Shown here: positions 13,096 through 25,686 of the stretch, piece after piece
How the letters are laid out: each line of letters opens with the position of its first letter
Numbering within the stretch: position 1 is the stretch's first letter
Assembly (NCBI RefSeq): GCF_963921235.1
Contig: NC_086097.1
Span: forward strand, 51,400,001-51,464,000
Reading direction: 5' to 3'
Length of the DNA: 64,000 bases
Source: Mobula hypostoma
Lineage: Eukaryota
Made by a program: the position numbers and the translations under genes
Notes under the pieces: model-generated
The model's database searches: none
What the model was told of the DNA's origin: nothing
The model's input: the letters and a program-made list of their open reading frames with translations, nothing else

Positions 13096-14133
13096 ACAAT
13101 GACAATAAAGTTCTAACATTATTTATATTTCTATTCAAAACCCACACACTGTACTAATTTTTATATAAAAATTGCACACTAAAATATTATTACAACATTC
13201 TTGAATACAAAAAAATGTGCAAACAATTTAGTTCCAGTGACTTTTGCTTTTTACAATCTATGACAGAAATTTAGATCTCTTCAATTCGTTCTATGCCTAA
13301 AAATGGGAAATTGAAAATGAACTTTGCCCCCATGCTTTTAACAGAACCAACCAACTAGAGTGTAGGAAAAAACTTTAAGGAGAATATTTTAATTCATGTA
13401 CAGCTTAAGAACAGGATACTTTCAAGCATTTTATAGATATAGTCTCTACATGGAAATAATGTAATCTAAGTATGGTTTCCACACCGTCACAATATAATTC
13501 ATTATTTTACATATACATTAAGAACTGTAAACATTAAAGTACTGTAGGTCTACACCATCAGCGAGTTGCTTGCTGGTGGAAAAAATGAAGGAGCTGTGCA
13601 ATTTGCTGCTGCCTGAGTCAATGGAGGCTTACAGTCAAATAGTGAGAGGCCGTCATGGTCTCTTTTCTTTTGACTGCATGACCCTTTTGGACATTACTAA
13701 GCTGGTATGCTGCAAGTTTGATTTGCTCACTTATTGGCTAAGAGCAGGGCTGGATGGTGGAGGAGCTGCGTGGACTCAGTCATGGCAAAGACTAGGCCAC
13801 AAGCAGCTGCGGGTCACCTGTTTTGCAGCCACTGGGAGAGAGGCGACTGAGCCGGGCACTCCATCAAGGACGGTGTGATACAGTATCCAGGCTGAAGTCA
13901 GGGCTGCTCCCACAGTGTGCGCTTGTGTGAAGACAAGCTCTTTTGTGGTCAGCTGCAGATTTTTGGCAGCATTCAAAGGACTCAGTGCCTTACCTGTTTT
14001 ATAGCCACTGGGTGAGAGATGTCTGGTGCACTCTGTCGGGGCTGGAGTTGGGGCTACCCTCACAGTGTTCGCTCAGCCGAAGACAAACTCTTTTGTGGTC
14101 GACTGAAGATTTCAATGGACTAAGGGTCTGGAC

Positions 14134-14810
14134 TACAATGCCTATAAAAAGTATTCACCCCCCCACCCCCCTTGAAGTTTTCTTGTTTTATTGTTTTACA
14201 ACACTGAATGACTGAGGATTTAATTTGGGTTTTTTAACGCTGATCAACAGAAAAGACTCTTTCGTGTCAAAGTAAAAACAGATTTCTTCAAATTGGTTGA
14301 AATTTATCACAATTATTAAACACAAAATAATTGCATATGTATTCCCTCCCTCAAGTCAGTATTTAGTAGATGCACCTTTAGTAGCAATTACAGGCTTGGG
14401 TCTGTGTGGATTGGTCTCTATCAGCTTTGCACATTGGACACTGTAATTTTTCCCTATTCTTCTTTACAGAACTTCTCAAGCTCTATCAGATTGCATGAGG
14501 ATTGTGAGTGAACAGCCCTTTTTAAGTCCAGCCACAATTCTCAATTGGATTGAGGTCTGGACTCTGACTTGGCCATTCTAGGATATTAACTTCGTAGTCT
14601 TTAAGCTATTCAAGTGTAGCTTTGGCTTGAGGTCATTGTCTTGCTGGAAAACAAATCTTCTCCCAAGTCGCAGTTCTCTTGTAGACTGCATTAGGTTTTC
14701 CTGCAGGATTCCCTGTATTCTGCTGCATCGATTTTACACTCTACCTTCACAAGCCTTTCAGGGCCTGCTGCAGTGAAGCATCCCCACAGCATGATGCAGC
14801 CACCACCAGG
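14134..14810 (-). mobile_element. Tc1-family DNA transposon, 3' half, degenerate; inserted in an unclassified repeat (about 13540-15165)
   Basis: Terminus TA+CAATGCCTATAAAAAGTATTCACCCCC. The minus strand encodes [16 protein letters not shown]...FQQDND...WPSQSPDLNPIEN. Confidence 0.75.
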
Positions 14811-15193
14811 TATTGTGGTTAACTGAAGTTTTCATTGGGCTGGGGGTATCTTACTACTTACAAGTATATTTTGTGAAGATGTATTTTTTCTGATATTCTA
14901 TATGGGCTTGCAGTCTTGTATGTGTGTGGAGTGGGCCTCAAGTTGCAATGCTTGGCTGGGGGGGCAGTGGGGCACGGTGTCCAGGCTGGAGGAGTTGTAG
15001 TTGACTGTGGATTGATGGCACGAGATTTTTTTACTCTATTATTGTGATTGTGATACTATTTTAATGTGTGCTTTGTATGTGTTTTGCACCTTGATCCCAT
15101 AGTAATACTGTTTCAATTGGTTGTATTCATGTATGGTTGAAATGAGAATTAAACTTGAATTGAATAAACTTGGTTTTGTGATTTCAGACTTAC

Positions 15194-15341
15194 GATTGTA
15201 CATAACAATGACGTAAAGGCAATTCATGAGTTGTCGTTTGTACTCATGGATTCGTTTCACATGAACATCAAACATGGAGGATATATCGACTTGAATCCCA
15301 TAGTTGTTTTCTAGCATGGAAGCAAGTTTTGTTTTATTTGC
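15194..15341 (-). CDS. PYGL: Glycogen phosphorylase exon 14 equivalent (148 bp)
   Basis: tag|[49 protein letters not shown](R)|gtaag; contains the active-site [10 protein letters not shown] motif. Confidence 0.95.
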
Positions 15342-15434
15342 CTATTGATAAAAGATAAGAACAATAAGAACTGTTCCTGTATACACAGAACTAGTTTTCA
15401 GAATGCAGAACTTGCATATTTTAAATTTCTATAC

Positions 15435-15536
15435 CTTTTTCACTGATAGAACCTCATGAATGAATTGATCATCATTCACAAAGTCATGCAATTTCTGAAG
15501 CTTGCTCAGTTCTTTAATATAGCCCGGTCCTATTTT
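15435..15536 (-). CDS. PYGL: Glycogen phosphorylase exon 13 equivalent (102 bp)
   Basis: cag|KIGPGYIKELSKLQKLHDFVNDDQFIHEVLSVKK|gtata; followed by a 93-bp intron. Confidence 0.92.
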
Positions 15537-16669
15537 CTGTAAGGTATTAAATGGGTCACAGTAAATTTACACTTCTCTTATATTTATAACAGATCTATAA
15601 TATGTCCTGTTGCTTTAAAATAGATTGTTATTTAAAAAGTCTTCATTTAAGTAGAATGCATGCAAAATTATATCAAAGCTACAAATAAACATCAAGAAAA
15701 ACAAACATTTCTTATTTTTGAAGTTTAAGTATGAGCATGATCAGAGGATTATTACTTTTAATTCTAAGCTGTATCAAAATACACAAATTAATAATTTTAT
15801 AGATATTATTTTGTTAGCTCTGTAATTCATAATACTTTGAATATCTATATTTGTTAAAAGAAAAAATAATTGCAGTCTTCATTGTAAAGCCACCATTAAC
15901 ACTTATTTGAGCTATACTATTCACTCCCCATAGAAAATGTTAAAACTACATTCCTAAATGTTTTAGTAAATTTGACCTTCAAGTTGCAGAAGATCATGGG
16001 TAATCATTATAAATGTATCATTTAGAACTTCAACTTGCTTAGCCACAGATTTTTCCCATATTATCTTAAGCTGCTAAATACTGTGGCTTGCAAATGCAGT
16101 TGCATGTAGCTTGAACAATGAAGATCTTTTTGCAAAATACTCTGATGAATCTTGTGAAACACCGGAAATTGTATATTTCTGAACAAGAAATAAATATAGT
16201 AGAGAAAGAATGTTCTCTTTCCAGGATGAAGAGATTGCAGCTGCTAATAGTGGCTTATTTAAATCTGGTCATGCCCAAGCAATGTTTGATGGGGATGCAT
16301 AGATTATCCAGGCAGGAGGCTAGGAGCTGCGATCCACGTACATTCAAATACATTTGTTATAAAAGTTGAAAATGCATCATTTTGAATTTCTACTTGCTCA
16401 GCCCACAATTTTATTCTATGTCCAAAATGATCACACTTGATTACTATGCCCTATTACCCAATCAGTTAAAAATCTAACTACAATGTTTTATTCTGAAAGT
16501 GCTGGGTTATATATTTATGGCTTATAGTTTCTCATGCATGCTTCATGTAAATGGCATTCTGCTCCATCTGTCTTTGGCCTTCCATGGTGTTCCAAAGCTC
16601 AATGAAAACTTGAGGAATAGTATCTAAGTTTCTAACATGGCATTACTGCAGCTCTCAGCACATAATAAT

Positions 16670-17372
16670 GTTTAAAGTACAAAGTAAATTTATTATCAAA
16701 GTACATATATGTTACCATATACGACCTTGATTCTTTTTCTTGCAGGCACTTACAGGAAAAAAGCAATACAACAGAATTTTATGAAAAACTGTACATAAAC
16801 AGACAAGACTGACAAACAATGTGCAAAAGAAGACAATTGTGCAAATAAAAATAATATTGAGAACATAAGTGGTAACGAGTCCTTGAAAGTGTGTTTGTAG
16901 GTTGTAGAATCGGTTCATAGTGGTGAATGAAGTTATCCACACTGGTTCAGGAGTTTGATGGTTGTAGGGTAATAACTGTTCCTGAAGCTGGTGGTAGAGG
17001 ATCTAAGGCTTCTGTACCTCCTGCTTGGATGGTAGTAGCAAGAAGAGGGCATGGCCTGGATGGCAGAGATCTTTGATGATGGATGCTGCTTTCTTATGGC
17101 AGAGTTCCATGAAAATATACTCAGTGGCGGGGAGGACCTTGCCTGTGACAGACTGTGCTGTATCTACCACTTTTCGCAGCTTTTTCCTTTCCTGAGTATT
17201 GGTATTTCTATACTGGGCCATAGTGCAACCAGTTAGGAAAAACTCCACTGTGCATCTATAAAAGTCTTTGGTGACATGCCAAATCTATGCAAACTTCTAG
17301 GAAAGTACAGGCTCTATCATGCCTAAGTGTTGGTCCCAAGACAGATGCTGATATGTTAAAGGCAAGGAATTT
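16670..17372 (-). mobile_element. Rex1/Babar LINE 3' fragment
   Basis: LTGCTMAQY...KAASIIKDLCHPGHALFLLLPS; tail ...GATAATAAATTTACTTTG. Confidence 0.7.
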
Positions 17373-20300
17373 AGAACATAGAAATCCACAGCACATTACA
17401 GGCCCTTCGGCCCACAATGTTGTGCCAGCTCTAGAAACTGCCTATAATTACCCTACCACATAGCCCTCTATTTTTCTAAGCTCCATGTGCCTACCTAAGA
17501 GTCATTTAAAAGACCCTATTGTATCTGCCTCCACCACCGTCACTGGCAGTGCATTCCACATACCCACCGCGCTCTGTGTGAAAAACTTACCCCTGACATC
17601 CCCACTGTACCTACTTCTAAGTACCCTAAAATATGCCCCCTCTTGTTAACCATTTCAGCCCTGGGGAAAAGCTTCTGGCTATCCACACAATCAATGCCTC
17701 TGATCATTTTATACACCTCTTTCAGGTCACCTCTCATCCTCCATCACTCCAAGGAGAAAAGGCCAGATTCCTCAACCTATTCTCATAAGGCACACTCCTC
17801 AATCCAGGCAACATCCTTGTAAATCTCCTCTGCACTCTTTCTATAGTTTCCACATCCTTCCTGTAGTAAGGAGACCAGAACTGAACACAATACTCCAAGT
17901 GGGGTCTGAAAAAGATCTTATATGCTGTAACATTACCTCACGGCTCTTAAACTCAATCCCATGGCTGATGAATGCCAACACAGCGTACGCCTTCTAAACA
18001 ACACTCTCAACCTGTGCAGCAGCTTTGGCACTAACCCTAAAATTTCTCTGATCCTCCACACTGCCAAGAGTCTTACCATTAAAACTATATTCTGTCTTCA
18101 AATTTGACCTACCAAAATGAACCACTTCATACTATCTGGGTTGAACTCCATTTGCCACTTCTCAGCCCAGTTCTGCATCCTATCAATGTCCTGCCGTAAC
18201 CTTTGTCAACCCTCCAGACTATCCACAACACCCCAACTTTTGTGTTATCAGCAAACTTAGTAACCCACCCTTCTACTTCTTCATCCAGATCATATATAAA
18301 TATCACTAAGAGAAGGGGTCCCAGAACAGATCCCTGTGGAACACCGCTGGGTACCAATTTCCATGCAGAATATGAACCCTCTACAACCACCCTTTGCCTT
18401 CTGTGTGCAAACCAATTCTGAATTCATAAAGTGAGGTCTCCTTGGATCCCATGCCTCCTTACTTTCTGATAGGGCTTTACATGGGGAACCTTATCAAATG
18501 CCTTACTGAAATTCATATACTCTACATCCACTGCTCTACCTTCATCAATGTGTTTTGTTACTTCCTCAAAGAATCCAGTCAGGTTTGTAAGGCACAACCT
18601 GCCCTTGACAAAGCCATACTGACTATCCCTAATCAGATTACGTCTCTCCAAATGCTCATAAATCCTGTCTCTCAGGATTTTCTCCAATAACTTGCCCACC
18701 GCTGAAGTAAGACTCACTGGTCTATAATTTCCTGGGTTATCTCTACTCCCTTTCTTGAACAAAGGAACAATATTTACAATCTTCCAATCCTCTGGTACTT
18801 CTTCCGTCCCTATTGATGATGCAAAAAGGTCATCGCCAAAGGCTCAGCAATCTCCTCCCTTGCTTCCCACAGTAGCCTGGGGTATATCTCGGTGACTTAT
18901 CTAACTTAATGCTTTTCAGAAGCTCTAGCACATCCTCTTTCTTAATGTCAATATGCTCAGGCGTTTCAGTCTGCTATATTGTCATCCCCACAATTGCCAA
19001 GGTCCTTTTCCCTGGTGAATACCAAAGCAAAGTATTCATTAAGTATCTCTGCCACCTCCTCCAACTCCATGCATACGTTTCCACTATCGCTCTTGATTAG
19101 TCCTACTCTCATGCGGCTCATCCCCTTGCTCTTCACATACTTGTAGAATGCCTTGGGGATTTCCTTAATCCTGCTCGCTAAGGCCTTCTCATAGCCCCTT
19201 CTAGCTCTCCTAATTTCATTCTTGAGCTCCTTCCTGGCAACTTTGTAATTTTCTAGAAATTTATCAGTTTCTAGTTTCTTGAAACTTTCGTAAGCTCTTC
19301 TTTTCTTCTTAACTAGATTTTCCACATCCTTTGTAACCATTGTTCTTTTACCCAACCATCCTTTCCCTACCTTAATGGAACATACCTATGCAGAATGCCA
19401 TGCAAATTTTCCCTAAACATTTGCACATTTCTGCCATGCAGTTCCCTGAGAACGTCTGCTCCCAAGTTCCTGCCTAATAGCATCATATTTCCCCCTACTC
19501 CAATTAAATGTTTTCCCAAATTGTCTGCTCCTATCCCTCTTCAGCACTATGGTAAAGGAGATAGAGTTGTGATCACTAACTCCAAAATGCTCTCTCACTG
19601 AGAGATCTGACACTTGACCAGGTTCGTTTCCCAATACCAGATCAAGTACAGCCTCTCCTCTAGTTGGCTTATCTACATATTGCATCAGGAAACCCAACAA
19701 ACTGCACCCCATCGAAATTGCTTGCTCTAAGGAGATGCCAGTTAATATTAGAAAAGTTAAAATCTCCCATCACAATAACCGCATTATTATTGCACCGTTC
19801 CAGAATTTGCCTCCCTATCTGTTCCTCGATGTCCCTGTTACTATTGGAGGGATCTTTTAAAAAAACACCTAGTAGATTTATTGCCCCCTTCCTGTTTCTG
19901 ACTTCCACCCACAATGACTCAGTAGATAATCCCTCCATGACTTCCTCCTTTTCTGCAGCCATGACACTATCCCTGATTGGCAATGCCACAGCCCCGCCTC
20001 TTTTGCTTCCCTCCCTGTCCTTTTTAAAACATGTAAAGTCTGGCACACTCAGTAGCCATTCCTGACCCTGAGACATTCAAGATCCTGTAATGGCCACACC
20101 GTCATAGTCCCATGTATTGATCATACTCTAATTTCATCCACCTTGTTTATGATCTTCCTTTCATTAAAATAGACACATCTCAAACTATCAGGCTGAGTGC
20201 GTCTTTGCTCTATCATCAGCCTATCCTTTCTCACAAACTCCCTACAAGCTGTCTCTATTTGTGCACCAATTGCCCCATCCTCTGCCTCTTCACTTCGGTT

Positions 20301-21645
20301 CCCATCCCGCTGGAAATCTAGTTTAAACCCTCCCCAATAGCACTCGCAAACCTCCCCACCAGGATATTAGTCCCCCTTGGATTCAAGTGCAACCCGCCTT
20401 TTTGTACAGGTCACAGCTGCCTCAGAAGAGGTCCCAATGATTCATAAATCTGAATCCCTGCCCCCTGCTCCAGTCCTTCAACCACGCATTTATCTGCCAC
20501 CCCATTCTATTCCAATGCTTATTGTCACATGGCACAGGCAGCAATCCCGTGATTAATATCCTTGAGGTCCTGCTTCTCAGCTTCCTTCCTACCTCCCTGT
20601 ATTCTGCTTTCAGGACCTCCTCCCTTTTTCAATCTGTGTCGCTGATACGAATATGTACCATGACCTCTGGCTGCTCACCCTCCCATTTCAGGATATTGAA
20701 AGTGGATGCATTCAGAAACATCATGAACCCTGGCACCAGGGAGGCAAACTACCATTCATGTTTCTTTAGCGCGCCCTCAGAATCGCCTATCTGTCCCCCT
20801 AACTATTGAGTTCCCTATTACTGCTGCCATCCTCTTCCATTCCCTACCCTTCTGAGCCACAGGGCCAGAGGCATGGCCACTGTTGCTTCCTCCAGGTAGG
20901 TCTCACCCCCCCCAACAGAAAATAGAGTATTTATCATTAAGGGGGATGGCCACAGGGGTGCTCTGCACTATGTGACACTCTCCTTTCCCTCTCCTGACAG
21001 TCACCCACTTAACTGTCTCCTGTGGCCCGGTGTGACTACCTACCTGTAGCTCCTATCGCTCACCTCCTCACTTTCTCTAACAAGCCAAAGGTCAGTTCCC
21101 TAACTCAGTCTCATAGGAGCTGCAGCTCGATGCACCTGGCACAGATGTGGCCATCATGGAGGCTGGAACTCAGCCAGATATCCCACATCCAACATCCAGA
21201 GTAGAATACTGGCCTTGCAGTCATACCCACTATTCTTAAGTTAGAGGAAAAAAGAGATATGAAAGTAACGTACTTCCTTACCTTACTTAGGCCCATCCTT
21301 GCTGAAGCCCCGATGAGCCAAAGCCCTATTACTCTGCCTCACACTATTCTGACAACTGCTCCGTTAGGCAGTGTCTCCCTTTTAGCCAGAACCTTCTCAG
21401 TGGCCTTGCACGATGATGAGCAATTGCATCTGTGCACTCCTCCCAATTGAATCTTGCGCTGAAAGAAACTTCTCACTTTTTAAATCCTCTCAGTGGCCTT
21501 GCACAATGACGAGCTCCTGTGTCTGCGCACTTCACCCAATCGAATCTCCAGCTGAAAGAAACTCCTCGCTTTTTAAATCTTCTCAGCGGCCTTGCGCGAT
21601 GACGAGCTACTGCATCTGCACACTTCTCCCAATTAAATTTAAATC
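17373..21645 (-). mobile_element. Near full-length CR1 LINE (5' UTR repeats, ORF1 zinc finger plus esterase, ORF2 APE endonuclease plus RT), disrupted
   Basis: ORF1 zinc finger GCWMWD...HICARCIELQLL (21111-21296); EN region RGGAVAL...MGDFNF; RT region [44 protein letters not shown]-type 3' tail near 17375. Confidence 0.9.
21393..21635. repeat. 93-bp tandem repeat, about 2.6 copies, at the CR1 5' end
   Basis: CTCAG-(T/C)GGCCTTGC recurs with the post-CTCAG base at 21401, 21494 and 21587 (period 93). Confidence 0.85.
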
Positions 21646-21729
21646 CAATGACCCTCTTCACATCTGTTCCCTTAATGAGGACTGACTCAGAGACTTCTAG
21701 CTTCCTCCTCCTTAAGTCAATAATAGGTT

Positions 21730-22388
21730 ACACACAAAATGCTGGTGGAACGCAGTAGGCCAGTCAGCATCCATAGGAAGAAGGACAGTTGACGTTTCGG
21801 GCCAAGACCCTCCGTCAGGACTAACCGAAAGAAGAGATAGTAAGAAATTTGAAGGTGGGAGGGGGAGGGGGAGATCCGAAATGATAGGAGAAGACAGGAG
21901 GGGGAGGGATAGAGCTAAGAGCTGGAAAGTTAATTGGCAAAAGGGATACAAGGCTGGAGGAGGGAGAGGATCATGGGATGGGAGGCCTAGGGAGAAAGAA
22001 AGGGGGAGGGGAGCGCCAGAGGAAGATGGAGAGCAGGCAAGGAGTTACAGTGAGAGGGACAGAGGGAGAAAAAAGGGAGAGAGAAAGAAAGGGGGAAAAA
22101 ATAATAATAATAAATAAATAAATAAGGGATGGGGTAAGAAGGGGAGGAGGGGCATTATTGGAAGTTAGAGAAGTCAATGTCCATGCCATCAGGTTGGAGG
22201 CTACCCAGACGGAATATAAGGTGTTGTTCCTCCAATCTGAGTGTGGCTTCATCTTGACAGTAGAGGAGGCCATGGATAGACATATCAGAATGGGAATGGG
22301 ACGTGGAATTAAAATGTGGGACCACTGGGAGATCCTGCTTTCTCTGGTGGATCTCCCAGTGGCCACACATTTTAATTCCACGTCCCAT
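21730..22388 (-). mobile_element. Penelope-like element 3' fragment (GIY-YIG C-terminus plus pLTR) with a terminal fold-back
   Basis: HFNSTSHSHSDMSIHGLLYCQDEATLRLEEQHLIFRLGSLQPDGMDIDF. Hammerhead-like motif at 21787-21822 (CTGACGG variant). 40-bp inverted arms at 22296-22335 and 22349-22388. Confidence 0.85.
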
Positions 22389-22577
22389 GATTAGCATTCA
22401 TGATGTATGCGCCTTCATTATCCAGATGTTCCACAGCTAATGAAATGCATCTGCTGCTGACTGTTGTGACAGTAGGCAAATTGGAGCAGATCCAGATGAC
22501 TCATCGGGTAAGAATTGATATACTTCATGATCTGAAAACCTCTCAGAGCACTTCATTGAGTTCAATAATTTCAGATA

Positions 22578-22740
22578 GCAACACACAAAATGCTGGAGGA
22601 ACAGTGGGTCAGACAACACCTATGGAAAGAAATTGACAGTTGACATCTCAGTTCAAGACTCTTCATCCCACACCTCCATAGATGCTGCCTGATTCACCAG
22701 CGTTTTGTGTTGCTCCAGATTTTCAGCATCTGCAGTCTCT
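22578..22740. mobile_element. Short degenerate Penelope pLTR-derived fragment with inverted ends
   Basis: CACACAAAATGCTGG... is followed by ...CCAGCGTTTTGTGTTGCTCCAGATTTTCAGCATCTGCAG; similar to the pLTR at 6596-7283. Confidence 0.55.
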
Positions 22741-23724
22741 CCTCTCTTAATGATTTCAGATACATAGCTTTTTCTGTTCGCCACTTATAACAAAATGAAC
22801 ATTAATTCAGTTTATTGTTCCAAGATGTTGCCCATTGGGTTGAGATTTAGACCATAAGACAAAGGAGCAGAAGTCGGCCATTCGGCCCATCGAGGCATGT
22901 AATGATTTTATTTTAGATCTGCAGAGCTTTGCTCTTCTTTTTTTAATCTCACAAATTCAGCAGTTTTAAAAAAATGTTTCTCTGTCCCCTCTTCTATTTT
23001 AATCCACCTTTTTTCTGACACCTCCCTGACACAGGTAAGTAATGAGTCTTTACCAGCCTCACAGCTGGCATGACTACCACTTCTGTCATTGAGTCTCTTC
23101 TCATCTGCACCAGTTTGTATCATCTCCACCTCTTTGCCCTTTTTTGCAACTTCAAATTACTTTGAACTATCTTTGCCAGTGCTGATGAAAACTCGTTGCT
23201 CTCACCACGATGCTCCCTCAGTATTTACAGCATTTCTTGAATTTTTTACTAGCAATTTCATTCAACTGAAAGACTGTTTAGGTCACTTCAGTTAAGAGTC
23301 AACCACAATTTGTGTGAGATAGAAGCCACAGATTTTTACATCATCAACCAACCTCCCTGTCAGGGAAATAAAATCAAACGACAAATGCTTCCAATATGAA
23401 ATCAAAACTGAAAATGTTAAGAATATTCAGCATATCAGGCAGCATCTGTAGAAACAGAAACACAATGTTTCAGATCAGAGACCCAATGTGAGAACTCTGA
23501 TTCTGCCTTATTTGCTTTTCTTCTTTTTTGAAGATCATAAAAGGACAAAAATCAGCTTTTAACAGATTACTGAACTCGCTGGAGTGGATTGGCTTTACGC
23601 TAATTTTTTTGATCACCAGGAGTGGAAAGTATAATTGTGTGAGGTATCTAAAAGAGAGTTTAATTTGTTATCATCTTTATACTGCTGAAACTTACCAATT
23701 AAGTCTCAAAAATATGTCACATAC

Positions 23725-23839
23725 CTCAGCTATAAGGGCAGCCAACGATGGATTGCAAAGCAAAAGCCACCTCCTTGGAGTGATTCCATTTGTCTTGTTC
23801 TGAAATTTTTCTGGTTCAATGTCACTAAAGTCTTTAAAA
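23725..23839 (-). CDS. PYGL: Glycogen phosphorylase exon 12 equivalent (115 bp)
   Basis: tag|(V)[38 protein letters not shown]|gtatg. Confidence 0.95.
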
Positions 23840-24224
23840 CTAGGTGATAGAAAACGGACAATAAACAATCACTAATAAGAAAATATTTAAATTTCAATAT
23901 TTTAATTCAAATTTTAATTTATTTCAGAAAGATTTACAGAACAATAAAAAAGCTGATTGAGATGAAATCAACTAAAGGAATGTTCTGGGATAAGGTTCAA
24001 TCATGGCTCTATGCTATAGCGTTTCTGTGAAAAATATTAAGATAAAACTGAAATGCAGCATATTTCAGAACACTCTACTACTTGCAGGTTCTTGACACAA
24101 GAGATTATCATTTTGCACCAACTAATGCCAAATGGAAGAGAAAAGGAGAATCTGGTATCTTCTTCAACAAATACATAAAAACTAAAATTAAAAATTAAAT
24201 CAAGGGTATGTATGTACATGTATA

Positions 24225-25106
24225 TGTGGCATGCAAAAGTTTGGGCACTCCTGGTCAAAATTTCTGTTACTGTGAATAGCTAAGCGAGTAAAAGATGAAC
24301 TGATTTCCAAAAGGCATAAAGTTAAAGATGACACATTTTTTTAATATTTTAAGCAAGAAAACTTTTTTATTTCCATCTTTTACAGTTTCAAAGTAGATAA
24401 AAAGGAAAAGGGCCCGAAGCAAAAGTTTGGGCACCCTGCATGGCAGTACTTAAGTAACACCGCCTTTGGCAAGTATCACAGCTTGTAAACGCTTTTTGTA
24501 GCCAGCTAAGAGTCTTTCAATTCTTGTTTGGGGGATTTTTGCCCATTCTTCCTTGCAAAAGGCTTCTAGTTCTGTGAGATTCTTGGGCCGCCTTGCATGC
24601 ACTGCTCTTTTGAGGTCTATCCACAGATTCTCGATGATGTTTAGGTTGGGGGACTGTGAGGGCCATGGCAAAACCTTTGGCTTGCAACTCTTGAGGTAGT
24701 CCATTGTGGATTTTGAGGTGTGTTTAGGTTCATTATCCTGTTGTAGTAGCCATCCTCTTTTCATCTTTAGCTTTTTTACAGACGGTGTGATGTTTGCTTC
24801 CAGAATGTGCTGGTATTTAATTGAATTCATTCTTCCCTCTACCAGTGAAATGTTCCCTGTGCCACTGGCTGCAACACAAGCCCAAAGCATGATCGATCCA
24901 ACCCATGCTTAACAGTTGGAGAGGGGTTCTTTTCATGAAATTCGACACCCTTTTTTCTCCAAACATACCTTTGCTCATTACAGCCAAGAAGTTCTATTCA
25001 AAAGGTTCAAAGGAACATCTAAACAAGCCTGATGCATTTTGGAAACAAGTTCTGTGGACTAATGAAGTTAAAATAGAACTTTCTGGCTGCAATGAGCAAA
25101 GGTATG
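24225..25106 (-). mobile_element. Tc1 (DD34E, IR/DR-type) transposon, 3' portion
   Basis: ORF 24450-24890 MLWACVAASGTG...QQDNEPKH...WPSQSPNLNIIENLW has 34 residues between D and E. Direct repeat CAAAAGTTTGGGCAC at 24234 and 24420. Confidence 0.88.
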
Positions 25107-25483
25107 ATTAAAGACCTCCAGCACCCAGGGCATGCCCTTTTCTCATTGTTACCATCAGGTAGGAGATACAGAAGCCTGAAGGCACACACTCAGTGATTCA
25201 GGAACAGCTTCTTCCCCTCTGCCATCTGATTCCTAAATGGACTTTGAAGCTTTGGACACTACCTCACTTTTTTTAATGTACAGTATTTCAGTTTTTGCAC
25301 ATTAAAAACAATAAATCTATTCAATATACGTGATTAATTTACTTGTTTATTTATTATGTTTTGTTTTATTTATTATTTTTTTCTTTCTCTCTCTGCTAGA
25401 TTATGTATTGCATTGAACTGCTGCTGCTAAGTTAACAAATTTCATGTCACATGCCGGTGATAATAAACCTGATTCTGATTCTG
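25107..25483 (+). mobile_element. Rex1/Babar LINE 3' end, same subfamily as 726-1087
   Basis: Closely matches the reverse complement of 726-1087; ends AATAAACCTGATTCTGATTCTGA. Confidence 0.85.
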
Positions 25484-25686
25484 AAATGCTGACATCCAGG
25501 AACTTGAATTTGCTCACCCTTTCCATTGCTAATCACTCAATGAGGATTGATGAGTTCTGAGGAGGACCGCCCCTGTCTGCTAATGGAGTAGCAGTATTTT
25601 TCTGCTGCTCTTGGTTTTCTTTCTTTCCCCCTAGTTTAAGCTATGAATTTAAAACTTTTACTTGTTGATTCTTGAGGGTGATCAAT

